A DNA stretch of 64,000 nt from the human T2T-CHM13v2.0 reference genome, Homo sapiens (GCF_009914755.1 NC_060947.1), one strand, 5' to 3'. Positions 36,690 through 57,566 are shown, counted from the first letter of the stretch. The notes: generated from the letters alone by a model not told the origin. Program-made: numbers and translations.

Positions 36690-38773
36690 TGAGATTCCTA
36701 ATTTTTTCTGCTTACTGGTGGATGCAAGCCCATACCAAATGGATGGAAGTAGTCGCACAAAAGTCCTAAGAGGATGGACAGTTCTGTTTTGTGTGTCTCT
36801 GTGCAAGGGCACCATGTCATGTATGTATTTCCATCTCCAACTGCTCTGTGATAAAGTGCTCCCATTACTAATGAGTAAGGGTGTTACACAGAACGAGGAA
36901 ATGAGACGTCGGGTCGTGTAGGATCTCCACAGTGCCTCTAAGTGGTCTCCACATTTGGTGACTTATAATGCTATAATTCTAATCACTTCTAATACTGATA
37001 GGTCTTCAGCAAAGGAAGTCCACACCCAGTGCTGAGACAGAAGATTCCAAATGGCTGCTGACTGGGAAATCATTTATGCCTGCGTAGAAACTTCAGATCC
37101 CACCAGGATGGCAAATCTGAAAAGTGTTATTGATCTCCAAAGAAGACACACAAAGTTAAAATTATTCCGGACCTTCCAACAGGAGCCACTAGCACTGATA
37201 ATACGATGTTTCTTACCAGGCTAAGTACATGGAAATGGTGTTGTCTGTAGCTATTTGAGTGGCACTCACACATCATAGCTATGTCTGCACGTATTTTTAT
37301 GCATAAATACATATACATCATACATCAAATACATATACAAATACATATGCACTCACACATAGCTATGTCTGTACAAATTTTTATGCATAAATTGGCATCA
37401 CACTCTATGTATAGTTTTATATCCCATGCTTCTCCTTTAAACTCTAGCATAATAATTTCCAATTAAACAAGTGGGTTGAGGGGGAACCGTGGGTATCTCA
37501 TCCACTTTCCTATCCTCCAATCCCATTAATGTTATACAAAAACACGAAACACATCAAGACAAAAAGAAAAAAAAATTAGATAGAAGCTACCACATCTTGG
37601 CAGCTGGAAACAGACAGGTATTACAACTTTAGTACAAAGAATAATGCTTTCTCCCTCCTTACAGACATGTCCATATCCTAATCTCCAGAATTTATGAAAA
37701 TGGTACGTTAGGTAGCACAAGGGGTTTTGCAGAATTAAGAATCTTTAATGGTCTAGGTGGGTAATGGAGTAATTACATTGGGTAATCACAAGATCCTTTT
37801 GCTGATTTTTTTGTCTGCAATCTGAAGTGTCAATAACTTGATAAATATTTCATGTATTTGGAAGGAATGTGCTGTCTTTATGGGCTCACTGTTTGACGTA
37901 CGTCTGTTCTATCCACTGTATTAATGTCACTATTTATTTCCTCTCTGAATTTGCATTTGGTCTCCATCTGTGAAAGTGATGCGTTAAATTCTACTAGCAC
38001 ACATGTTTGTTGGTGTATTTCTGAGACCTTTAGTTCTATGTATTTACTTAGTTTGGAGATGTCAATAACTGTACCTCCTCAGTGTGGAGGGTTCAGGTTA
38101 ACTTTTATAAAAAATAAAATGGACTGCAGCAGGGGATGAGAGTAATGGGCATCAGTGTTACGAGGAGAAACATTAAGTGTTGCAATGATCTTAAGCGCTC
38201 AGCGTGGCCCAAAGAAGGGCTCAAGGTCAACAGTAAGCGTTGCAATGACCTTAAGCACTCAGCGAGGCTCAAAGAAGGGCTCAAGGTCAAGGGTAGTTTG
38301 TGTTGAAGATTGGCAGATGAGCAGATTGAAGGTGGGGAAGGGGAGATATTGACTCCACCTATCTGGGTAAGAATGTTGAACAGGGGGTAAAATCAAGAGA
38401 TAAATGGTAATGAGCTTCTAGTGCCCAAATAATGACTCTCAGGGGAATGTGGTGATGGTTTTGTAAGATAACATTTGGGAAAACACCAACCCTTAGCATG
38501 TGCCTCATACCCTTTAGTCCAAGTGGACAAGTCAACGTGTCAACTCCATACAACATGTCATCGCGTTTACCATTATTTCAAAGTAACATGCTAACAAGAA
38601 TGATGCTCTTCCAAAGCTATCCGTGAAATGAAGCACTGACTAGAAATAGCAGGTATGTTCAATAATTCCCATGGATATCCTGTTTTGCTGAGACACTTCT
38701 CCCGCATGAAAGCTAGAGTTCCTGTTTGCATTCAAATTAACCCCTGGCTTGCTGCAATTTCACCAGGACTCAC

Positions 38774-38875
38774 CATTGTTGATCAGGACATGGAGAGGAA
38801 TCTTCTTCATCTTGAACTTCTGCACAAACTGCCGGATGGAAGTCATGGAAGCCAAGTCACAGTATAAAAATTCCA
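38774..38875 (-). CDS. DHRSX: DHRSX coding exon 4 (102 nt)
   Basis: Minus strand reads (V)EFLYCDLASMTSIRQFVQKFKMKKIPLHVLINN(A). Acceptor ...ccttttccAG at 38877-38876; donor GTGAGT at 38773-38768. Splicing to exon 5 rebuilds the SDR NNAG motif. Not in the ORF track; read directly from the sequence. Confidence 0.97.
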
Positions 38876-38946
38876 CTGGAAAAGGACAACAACAAAAAAT
38901 ACCTGCTTATCTCCCAACCTATTTCAGAGATTAAGAAAATTTCTAA

Positions 38947-39369
<423 letters not shown>

Positions 39370-39727
39370 TAGGGAGATCAATGAGTCCCATCCTTGTATA
39401 GTCCCCTTTCCTTGAGTCTGTGTGGGACCTGTCATTCTCCTCCTGACCTTGATGTGAGCTGATGTTTTGTGAGAGCGCCTTGGGGCCAGAACCTGGGCAT
39501 GGCCTCTCTAGGAGCTGACAGCAGCCCCTGGCCAAAAGCCAGCAAGATACTCAGATCCCCAGATCTGCAGCTTCCAGGAATTGGATTCTGCGTATAACCA
39601 TGTGAATTTCGAAGATCCTGAGCTCCAGAGAGGACCTCAGGCCAGATGACACTTTGCTTATAGCCCAGTGAGACCCCGAAGAGAGAATGCAGTTACACCT
39701 GCCCAGATTCCTGACCCGCAGCAGCTG

Positions 39728-40205
39728 TGGGATAGTAAGTATGAGCCCTTCCACGCTGCTGAGTCTGTGGGTTATTTTGTTACACAGCATATGTAACTGA
39801 TACACAAAATGACTCAGAAGCAAGGACTTCCTTCTTCTGCAGTAGAGGAATATAGAATATAGAATTTTATATAATAATCAAACAGGAAGCAATTTATGCA
39901 TCCCCTGCTACAGATAGTAAGAAGTACGAGCCCTTCCACGTTGCTGAATCTGTGTTATTTTGTTACAGGGCATATGTAACTAATACACAAAATGGCTCAG
40001 AAGCAAGGACTTCCTTCTTCCACAGGAGAATATAGAATTTTATATAATAATAAAAAAGGACGCCATTTATGGATCCCTTGCTACAGATAGTAAGTATGAG
40101 CTCTTCCACGCTGCTCAGTCTGTTATTTTGTTACACAGTATATGTAACTAATACACAAAATGACTCAGAAGCAAGGACTTCCTTCTTCTGCAGAAGAATA
40201 ATAAA
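39728..40205 (+). repeat. About 180-bp tandem triplication spanning an MLT1 LTR 3' end and its flank
   Basis: 'gatagtaag...ttattttgttacac...aaaatgactcagaagcaaggacttccttcttc' at ~39730, ~39912, ~40086. Confidence 0.9.
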
Positions 40206-41269
40206 AGAAAGCATTTTATTTTTTATTACATTTATGTTTTTGGAGACAGGGTCTCACTATGTCCCCATGGCTGGTCTCGAACTCCTAAGCTCAAGTGAGC
40301 CTCCCACATCAGCCTCCCAAAGTGTTGGATTACAGGCGTGAGCAGCTGTGTCCAGCCAAAGATGACATTTTTAGAGAGTGAATGACTCAGGGACAGCTTT
40401 ATAACATCACATAGGTAGAGACGTAGACTTATGTCTATTGTATTCAGTATATCAACTTCGCTCTTTCTCTCTAAATTCCCAGTGGGTCTCCATCGCTAAA
40501 AGTGATGTGTTTGATTGTGTTAAAGCTGTTTTTTTTTTTTTTTCCCAGAAGGACTGAGGTTTTGGAGGGAGAGGAACTAGAAAGAAAAGCAAATTCACAG
40601 GTATATAATTCTGCCTCCAGGTCCATGGGTTCAAGGAGGTTGGGAGAACAATGCAACAACCTAAAGTCAGACAGAACAAAATGCATGAAAACTAGCTATT
40701 ACTTGCAGCAGAGACAGCAGATCTCTGAGGGAAGAAGCAAGTTCCCTTACATTGAGATGGGAAGGTAATTTCTGGAGAGAGGTGGAAGGTATTGGGGGAC
40801 ACTGCCAGTGAGTTCTGAAAGGTGAGGATGGGGAATGGTGTGAGGTGGAAGAGCAAATCACAGCATGTGTGCAGAGGTCAGAGACAGGAGTCCTCAGGGA
40901 GGGAGCGAGCAGAGGCTGGTTCTGGGCTGGCCGAGAAGAGAACAGCCTTGATCTGCAGGGCTGCTGGTGGTCAGTGTCATTTACAGCCTCCTCACTGGGG
41001 AGCCTCATAGGGGAAAATCATTACTGTAAAAGAACTGTTAATATTTTTATGAAGGCCACATAGCTTTCAGAGGATAAGCAGTGTGTGTGTGTGGTGGGGG
41101 GAGGGGTCTGCCTGTGCCCCCCATGTCTGCACTGATGTGTAAAATGCCAGCAATCAATTTTATGACAGACACACCTTGCTTAATAAGCTCTATGAGCCTT
41201 ACTCTCCAAAACTATTACTGGAATGCTCATCATCATTCCAAAACGAAATGACTCTCCACTCACCATCAG

Positions 41270-42865
<1,596 letters not shown>

Positions 42866-43734
42866 AAGAAGAAAAGGAAATGGTATCTGGATTACTTTGA
42901 CAGGACATAACTTTCTAAAACACGTCATTCTGGATAAAATATTACCAGGCTGTTAGGACACGCTGCTGAGTCTGTGTTATTTTGTTACACGGCATGTGTA
43001 ACTAATACACAAAATGACTCAGAAGCAAGGACTTCCTTCTTCTGCAGTAGAATAATAAAAGAGGGCTAGCACTTGCTTGTATTGACGGCTTGTATTTTCA
43101 CGCGGTTCCGGCATGTGGCAATACCGAAGCACAAAGCTGGGGCGCATACGCACATTTATTTTCTCATCGAAGACCATAAATAGTTCCCTTCCTCCCATAC
43201 GTAGCCCATTCTCTTGACTTTCCTTTTCTGGGATGGACTGTGGGGTTCTCGCCGAGAGATGCTTGTGTGCCTCACTTGGGGATCGTAAACGCAAATGTGT
43301 CACCTCCTTCAGGAAGTTTTCCTGAACCCCAAGCCACGCCGGGCATCTCTAGATCTGGCTTCCGCAATCGCAACGACAGTACCCATCATTGCACCTCCTC
43401 ACTTGCATGACCAGTATGTTTTTAAGCATGTCTCATATGCCTTGGATGCTACGTAACTTTGGAACATACATTGAAATGATGCATCTTTGAGTGTCCAGAG
43501 CTAGGCTCTCTGGGCACACCCAGAAAAAAGTCAGCGGAAGAGGTAAAGGGAAGATGTATGGGAGCTTGGGCCACGTCCTCTGCTGGCGCTCTGCCGCATG
43601 CCAGCTTCTGCCCCAGAGGGAGGGGAGGGAAGGAGAGGGAAAAAGAGAAAAGAAGAAAAGGGGAGAAAGGTGAAGTGAAAAATATCAGCATGAAGCAAAA
43701 ATGTGTCCTCAGACAAAAAGGAAATGCATAGACC

Positions 43735-44082
43735 CGAGGCAGACAGGAATAGGACCCAGGCAGATAGGAATAGGACCCAGGCAGATAGACCCAGGCAGAC
43801 AGGAATAGGACCCAGGCAGATAGACCCCAGGCAGATAGGAATAGGACCCAGGCAGATAGGAATAGGACCCAGGCAGATAGACCCCAGGCAGACAGGAATA
43901 GGACCCAGGCAGATAGGAATAGGACCCAGGCAGATAGACCCCAGGCAGATAGGAATAGGACCCAGGCAGATAGGAATAGGACCCGGGCAGATAGACCCCA
44001 GGCAGACAGGAATAGGACCCAGGCAGATAGGAATAGGACCCAGGCAGATAGACCCAGGCAGATAGGAATAGGACCCAGGCAG
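43735..44082. repeat. Compound minisatellite of 21-bp (aggcagataggaataggaccc) and 15-bp (aggcagatagacccc) units, 57-bp higher-order period
   Basis: Direct reading. Confidence 0.95.
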
Positions 44083-44098
44083 GCACTGCAAGCTGTGA

Positions 44099-45345
<1,247 letters not shown>

Positions 45346-45636
45346 TGGTGTTTTTTTTTTTTTTTTTGTTAGTTCAATATGATTTTATTCAAAAATGTAT
45401 ACAGCTGAAGGAGGGATCTGGTCTTTTGTTAAAAAAAAAAAAAACAATTTTCACAGTATATATTTGGCCATTTTAGCTCTGTAGTGAACAATACCAGAAA
45501 AGGAAGTTTCTGTTCAAGATCCTGACTCCAGCACACTCAGCCAGGTTGCTTGGCAAGATGACACATTTCCTGGTCTGAAGCACACAGCCCATCCTCTCAC
45601 CTAAGTGGAACAGCAGTTCTCCTGCAGGCGCGTGTG

Positions 45637-45668
<32 letters not shown>

Positions 45669-45685
45669 CACACACACACACACAC
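45637..45685. repeat. (CA)n microsatellite
   Basis: About 24 CA units with one CG interruption. Confidence 0.97.
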
Positions 45686-45751
45686 GAGGTCTTATTTTCA
45701 CTGCTCTACACAGGGTCCTGAGAACCCTTACTTTTAAAGTTGGGAAAAACG

Positions 45752-46993
<1,242 letters not shown>

Positions 46994-47427
46994 TTAATGC
47001 TGCCCAAGAGATGAAGTCAACTGGAAAGACACAGAGGCATGTGTTGATAAATAGGGATCAAGAAGAAAAAAAAATTCCTTTTGTTTGGAGTTCTGGCAAA
47101 TCGCCTGGTTTGGAGGAACTGAATTACCCCTTCTTCTTTGCGATAGAGAACATCATTATGGAATGAACTGTACCTCCCTAAAAAATCCTTTTGTCTGAGG
47201 CTCTGGCAAACCTCCTAATTTGGAGGAATTGAATAGTGCCTTCATTTTTTCTTTGCAATAGATATAGGACATCGTTATAGACTGAGCCGTGCCCTCCCTC
47301 ACTCATCATCAGAACCCTTAAACTCCAATGTGACTTTATTTGCAGACAGGGCCTGTAGGAGCTCAAAAGGGTGAGGCCCTCGTCCAGTAGGACTGGTGTC
47401 CTTATAATCAGAGAAACACACACCAGG

Positions 47428-47874
47428 TGTGATGGTTAATGCCGAGTGTCAACCTGATTGGATTGAAGGATGCAAAGTATTGATCCTGGGTGTGTCTGTG
47501 AGGGTGTGGCCAAACAAGTTTAACATTTGAGTTAGTGGGGTGGGAAAGGCAGACCCACCCTTAATCGGGGTGGGCACCATCTAATCAGCTGCCAGCACAG
47601 CACATTCAAAAAGCAGGCAAAAGAATGTGAAAAGGTTAGACTGGCCTAGCCTCCCATGCTACAGCTTTCTCCCGTGCTGGATGCTTCCTGCCCTCAAAAA
47701 TTGGACTCCAAGTTCTTCAGCTTTAGCACTCGGGCTGGCTTCCTTGCTCCTCAGCTCGCAGACAGCTTATTGTAGGACCTTGTGATCCTGTGAGTTAATA
47801 CTGAATAAACCCCCCTTTATATATAGCTATTTATCCTGTTAGTTATATCCCTCTAGAGAACCCTGGCCAACACA
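47428..47874 (+). mobile_element. MLT2A (MLT2A1-like) HERV-L solo LTR
   Basis: TGTGATGGTTAATGCCGAGTGTCAACCTGATTGGATTGAAGGATGCAAAG start, ...ctagagaaccctggccaacaCA end, about 445 bp. Confidence 0.88.
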
Positions 47875-48179
47875 GGGTGCATCCCTCACCCCCTATATCT
47901 ATCACCCTGCTGCCTGAGTTGATAGGAAAGCAGAAAGAGCCCCTTTTTAATGTTTAATTTTATTAAGTATGCAATTTCCCAGTGCCCAAACTCATGTTGA
48001 TTTCAAAAACTGCCCTTTTAAAGCATGTGGACAGGGTAACAATTCATAGCAGGTGACAAAAATGTTTTATAAATAATATCCACGGAAACAGAAGGTGTCA
48101 CCGTCTGCAGAATGCAGCCAAAATATTCAGAAGATTTGTATCACTCTAAGTTCTCGTGCTAGTAAGAAATAAAAAAGCA

Positions 48180-49749
<1,570 letters not shown>

Positions 49750-50294
49750 TTACTGCAAGCTGTCTGTGGTGAGACATGTTCAGAAATTGAAAGTAAATGT
49801 TTAGAAACTTAAAAAATAATGACAGTCATTTAAGCTTTGTTCAATCCAATGACTTAAAAAAAACACACTGAGAGCTTCTAGTTTCCATGTTTCTTAAATG
49901 CATTTTTTTTAGTAATTCATTTTTATTGTATCTACGGCAGTTATCAATCTGCTGCAGATTAGGGGAGAGGCAGTTTTGCCATGGAGAGTTTAAAAGCGCT
50001 GATTCTGAGCACAGTGTCATCTGGATAGAAACTCCTGAGGTACTGCTGTAATTTTCCACAAAAACACTTGTGGGGATGTAAGAAAGAGGAAAACCCATAC
50101 TACTGCTAATAATTGGAACCAGTGATCAAAGGATGGGTAAAAGCACAAGCTGAGCTTCCAAAAACAGCAGTGTGAATGGATTTTTTTTAAAAAAACTAGA
50201 AGATGCATTTTTCTTGCTCCTTGAGAAAAAAGGCTTATAGCCACTAGCAACATGAACATCAGCATTCTATTGAGATCACTGGCTTGCGAGGTGG

Positions 50295-50710
50295 TGATAT
50301 AGTTTAGATCTGTGTCCCCACCCAAATCTCATGTTGAATTGTAATCCGCAGTGTTGGAGGAGTGGCCTGGGGAGAGGTGATGGGATCATGGAGGTGGATT
50401 TCTCACGAATGGGTTAGCGCCATCCCCTTGGTGATGTTCTTGTGACCATGAATGAGTTCCCACAAGATCTGGTTGTTTAAAAGTGCACAGCACCTCCCCT
50501 CCACTCTTGCTCCTGCTCTAGCCATTAAGACGTGCTGGCTTCCACTTCACCTTCCATCATGATTGTAAGTTGCCTGAGGCCTCCCCAGAAGCAGAAGCTG
50601 CTCTGCTTCCTGTACAGCTTGCAGAACCATGAGCCAATTAAACCTCTTTTCTTTATAAATCATCCAATCTCAGGTACTTCTTTATAGCAATGCAAGAACA
50701 GACTAATACA
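50295..50710 (+). mobile_element. MST (MSTA/B-like) MaLR solo LTR
   Basis: TGATATAGTTTAGATCTGTGTCCCCACCCAAATCTCATGTTGAATTGTAATCC...gactaataCA. Confidence 0.88.
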
Positions 50711-51430
50711 GATGGATGCATGCATGGACGGATGGACGGATGAATTGATGGATGGGTGGAAGGATGGGTAGATGGATGGATAGGTGGATGGATGGATGGA
50801 TTGGATAGATGGATGGATAAATGGATGGATGGATGGATGGGTGGATGGGTGGGTGGGTGGGTGGATGGGTGGGTGGATGGGTGGGTGGATGGATGGATGG
50901 ATGGATGGGTGGATGGGTGGATGGGTGGATGGATGGATGGATGGATAAATGGATGGATGGATGGATGGATGGATGGGTGGGTGGGTGGATCGATGGATTG
51001 ATGGATGGATACATGAGAGGATGGGTGAGTGGATGGATGGATGAATTGATGGATGGACGGATGGATGAACTGATGGATGGATGGATGGATGGATGGATGG
51101 ATGGATGGATGGATGGGTGGGTGGGTGGATTGATGGATGGATAGATGGATGGATGGATAAATGGATGGATGGATGAATGGATGGATGGATGGATGGATGG
51201 ATGAACTGATGGATGGATGGATGGATGGATGGATGGATAAATGGATGGATGGATGGATGGATGGATGGATGGATAAATGGATGGATGGATGGGTGGGTGG
51301 GTGGATGGATGGGTGGGTGGGTGGGTGGATGGATGGATGGATGAATGGATGGATGGATGGATGGATGAACTGATGGATGGATGGATGGATGGATGGATGG
51401 ATAGATGGATGGATGAATTGATAGATGGGT
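50711..51430. repeat. (TGGA/TGGG)n tetranucleotide tract, about 720 bp
   Basis: Direct reading. Confidence 0.97.
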
Positions 51431-51432
51431 AG

Positions 51433-53212
51433 TGATATGGTTTGGATCTGTGTCCTCATTCAAATCTCAAGTTGAATTGGAATCCCCAGTGCTGGAGGTG
51501 GACCCTTGTAGGGGGAGATTGGGTCACGGGGGTGGATGTCTCAGGAATAGTTTAGTGCCATCCCCTGGGTGCTGTGCTTGCAATAGTGAATGAGTTCTCG
51601 TGGCATCTGGTTGTTGAAAAGTGTGTAGCATCTCCCCAGCCCACCCCAACTGCACCTCTGTCTCTCCTTCTCTTGCTAGGGCCATGTAAGACACCTGCTT
51701 TCCTTCACTTTCCACTATGATTATGCATTTCCTCATGCCTCCCTAGAAGCAGAAGCTGCTCTGCTTCCCGTACAGCCTGCAGATCCATGAGCCAATTAAA
51801 CTTCTTTTCTTTATAAATTACCCAGTCTCAGTGTAGCAATTCCTCAAAGACCTAGAACCAGAAACACCATTTGACCCAGCAATCCCATTACTAGGTATAT
51901 ATCCAAATAAATAGAAATCATTCTATTATAAAGATACAGGCACACATATGTTCATTGCAGCACTATTCACAATAGCAAGGATGTGGAATCAACTCAAATG
52001 CCCAAGAATGATAGACTGAATTAAAAAAAATGGTACATATACACCGTGGAATACTATGCAGCCATAAAAAGGAACGAGATCATGTCCTTTGCAGGGACAT
52101 GGATGGAGCTAGAAGCCATTATTCTTGGCAAACTAATGCAGGAACAGAAAACCAAACACTGTACACTCTCACTCATAAGTGGGTGCTTAACAATGAGAAC
52201 ACATGGATACAGGGAGGGGAACAACACACACTGGGGCGTGTTGTGGGTGGGGGTCAGGGAGGGGGAGAGCATCAGGAAAAATAGCTAATGCCTGCTCAGT
52301 AGTGAAGTACAAATCAAAACCACAATGAGATACCACCTCACATCAGTTAGAAGGGCGATCATTAAAAAATCAGGAAACAACAGATGCTGGAGAGGATGTG
52401 GAGAAACAGGAATGCTTTTACACTGTTGGTGAGAGTGGAAGTTAGTTCAACCATTGTAGAAGACACTGTGGCGATTCCTCAAGGATCTAGAACCAGAAAT
52501 ACCATTTGACCCAGCAATCCCATGACTGGGTATATACCCAAAGGATTATAAATCATCCTACTATAAAGACACATGCACATGTGTGTTTACTGCAGCACTG
52601 TTCACAATATTAAAGACTTGGAACCAACGCAAATGCCCGTCATTGATAGACTGAATAAAGAAAATGTGGCACATAGACACCATGGACTACTATGCAGACA
52701 TTAAAAAGGATGAGTTCATGTGCTTTGCAGGGACACGGATGAATCTGGAAACCATCATTCTCAGCAAACTAACACAAGAACAGAAAACTAAACACCACAT
52801 GTTCTCACTCTTAAGTGGGAGTTGAGCAATGAGAACACAGGGACACAGGGAGGGGAACATCACACACTGGGGCCTGTTGGGGGGTGGGGGGCAAGGGGAG
52901 AGATAGCTTTAAAAGAAATACCTAATGTAGATAACGAGTTGATGGGTGCAGCAAACCACCATGGCACGTCTATACCTATATAACAAACCTGCATGTTCTG
53001 CACATGTACCCCAGAACTTAAAGTACAATAATAAAAAGAATAGCTAACTCATGCTGGGCTTAATACTTAAGTGATGGGTTGATAGGTGCAGCAAACCACC
53101 ACGGCACATGTTTATCTATGTACAATCCTGCATATGTACCCGGAACTTAAAATTTTTAAAAATTACCCAGTCTCAGGTATTTCTTCAGAGCAGTGTGAGA
53201 ACGGAGTAATAC
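51433..53212 (+). mobile_element. MST LTR containing an L1 3' end that itself contains a younger L1PA 3' end (nested)
   Basis: LTR 51433-51831 and 53160-53212; outer L1 TSD aaattacccagtctcag; inner L1 ~52305-53040 with duplicated aatagctaa. Confidence 0.87.
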
Positions 53213-53429
53213 AGGCAACCAACGGGCTTTGCTCATTCTTGCAATCAGCATCTTTTTTTTTTTGCATCCATTCAGGAGCTACCTCGCACCAAGAGAAACA
53301 CTGGTAGGAAGGGTAAGGGGAACAGGGTATGGTTGGCATCACTAGGGGAAGATGAGCCGATACATCAAGCCCTGCAGCAGGGGAAGGCAGAATGCTCACT
53401 GGGTGCTAGAACTTGAACTTCACCCCTGA

Positions 53430-54944
<1,515 letters not shown>

Positions 54945-56667
54945 TCAGTGGCTGCGTTCACCTGGAACCTAACCCATGTAGGAGCTGCGTCCCTTTCCCA
55001 GGGCACCATGAGAGGGACCAGGGAACCGAACACAGGAGGATCTCCGGAAGACTTGAGATAGGTTTTTTCATTCCACCTGGAGTACCTTCAACGATACCTT
55101 CATTCTATTTAGATAATTTAGAGAAATGAAAGTTAGAGTGTTTGGGAGTATTTAACGCACTCCTAGGAGCTACGAAATGAGTGTCTGCCACGTAGCTCAT
55201 GGAATAAGATGGAGTATACCAGTTATCCATGTGGCAAGAACAGAAAAGAAGCAGGAAGTACAGCTTCAGCCAACGAGGGCGCTCCCAGTTACTGGTCATG
55301 ATATAAAGCCAAAATGGTGGCCTCCTACACTCAGAGCCTGTGAAAAAGGTGATGTCTGTATCTTGATGGTAAAGATACAGAGTATTAAAAAGGAGGAATT
55401 ACAATTGTTAAAACAACTGTTCGACAATTGTTCGACAATTGTTTTAACAATTGTTCAACAATTGTTAAAACGTTCACATTTATCAGCCAAACAAGCAAAA
55501 ACCAAGTAGAAATGGCCCTAGTCACACAAGACAGCAATGATTCAAGTCTAAAACGTTAATGGAACAAGGAGGATCATCGCCTATGAAGGCATGGTTTGGA
55601 TCTGTGTAACCAACCTTGTAACCCAACAGGGCTAACTTGAAAATCATAAACCAAATGCTGAATTGAGATGAAGCTATAATGTGCCATTTTCACAGCATTT
55701 TCTTCAGAATAACACAATATCCAAGTATATTTTTCAAGAATTCCTAGGTAGGCAGGGAGAAATGAACAAAATCAACATTGTGGGGGAAGGAGGAAAGGAT
55801 GGGTGGAAAGAGGGAAGGGGAGGGGAGGGGAGGGAAGCAAGAATGAATGGAAGGAGGGAAGAAAGAAAGGGAGGGAGGGAGAAAGGAGGGAAGAAAGGGA
55901 AGGAGGAAAGGATGGGTGGAAACGGGGAAGGAAGGAAGAAGGAGAAACAAGGTCCCAGAAAATACTGTCAATAATATATTTAATGAGGCAGGAAATGCAA
56001 ACTTACAAATAGGAAACACTGTACTGTATGAAAAAAGCTGTAAAATGATAGGTTTCTGTTTCTTAGTATCCTGATAATATGTTACATTTGTAAGTAAAAT
56101 GTGAAAATCTCGAGGAAATAATTTTCTCAGAGATACTAATTATCCCAATTCAATCAAGGAAATTAGGTCTAATCAGACCAATAGCTATAAGAAAAATAGA
56201 GAAGAATAATGAAAGAATGGCATGAAGAAAGGGTAGATGAGTGCAGAGGGTATTTTAGAAAATTCTTCTAGACTTTCAAAGAACAGATAAGTGCCCTGAT
56301 ACTGACTGGTTGGACAAAAAGAGTCTGAGGTGGTTTGTTTTGTGAAATTTATGCTGTTCTGATAGAAATTCTGAAAAAAGCATAGCAGAAGAAATTTGCT
56401 AGGAGGGCAGGAATTGCTTGATGAGTAACATTTATATATACAGAAGAAAAAAATCATAAAAATGTAAACTTAAAGAAGTCTTCCACTGAGACATACAAAA
56501 GCAAATGTATTTAATACTAAGAAAAAAATTTCCAGAAATGCTGTCCATTCTGAAATATTATTAAAGAGCTCCTAGAATAAATGTGATAAGTGTGTCCATA
56601 ACCACTACCTGAAAATCAGATCTTAGTCAACCTTGTAACCCAACTGGGCTAATTTGAAAATCATCAT

Positions 56668-56978
<311 letters not shown>

Positions 56979-57566
56979 CCCATCATTTAGACCAGGAGGC
57001 AGCGCTTGTGGAGAAGGCGTTCAGCTCAGAGCAGCAACAGCTTTCAAGCATCTACCAACAGCCAACACAGCCCCTGAATCCGTCTGCACCTGCCCCGTCC
57101 CTACGCATCCTAATAAATTCACGAGTGTCCTGGTAAGCCAGAACCTCCGGGATCCAGGCAGCCAGAGGACAGTTCTTCCCGCACTTGTGGGTAGCAACAG
57201 CCGTCCTGCTACCCAAAAAGCCCAGTTCTTGGAGCCAAGAGCTGATGCGACCACAGCCTGCAAAGTCTTGAGCAGGGACGAAGCTCATGATGGCTTCTGG
57301 CCTCTCTTCATTCAGGAGGGAAGGAACCCAGGTGCCCGAACTGCCGGAATTTGCCAAGAAGGAGGGCAGATTGGTTGTCACCCCCTGCGTCTCTCATTTC
57401 TATATATTTATCAATTTAAAAATAAAGGTGAAATACCAGTATCTCTTAGTCGTTATGCAGGTATGGAGCGCCTCTCTGGAGACCTGAAATCCTATTTTCT
57501 TTGTATGAGGCAGCTATCCATCTGCCCCTAAGACCTACTGTGAAAGACGCTGCAGCGAGATTATTC

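Noticed and set aside
50653-51463. (HPSI)n ORFs of about 268 aa
   Set aside because: Translation of a (TCCA)n microsatellite
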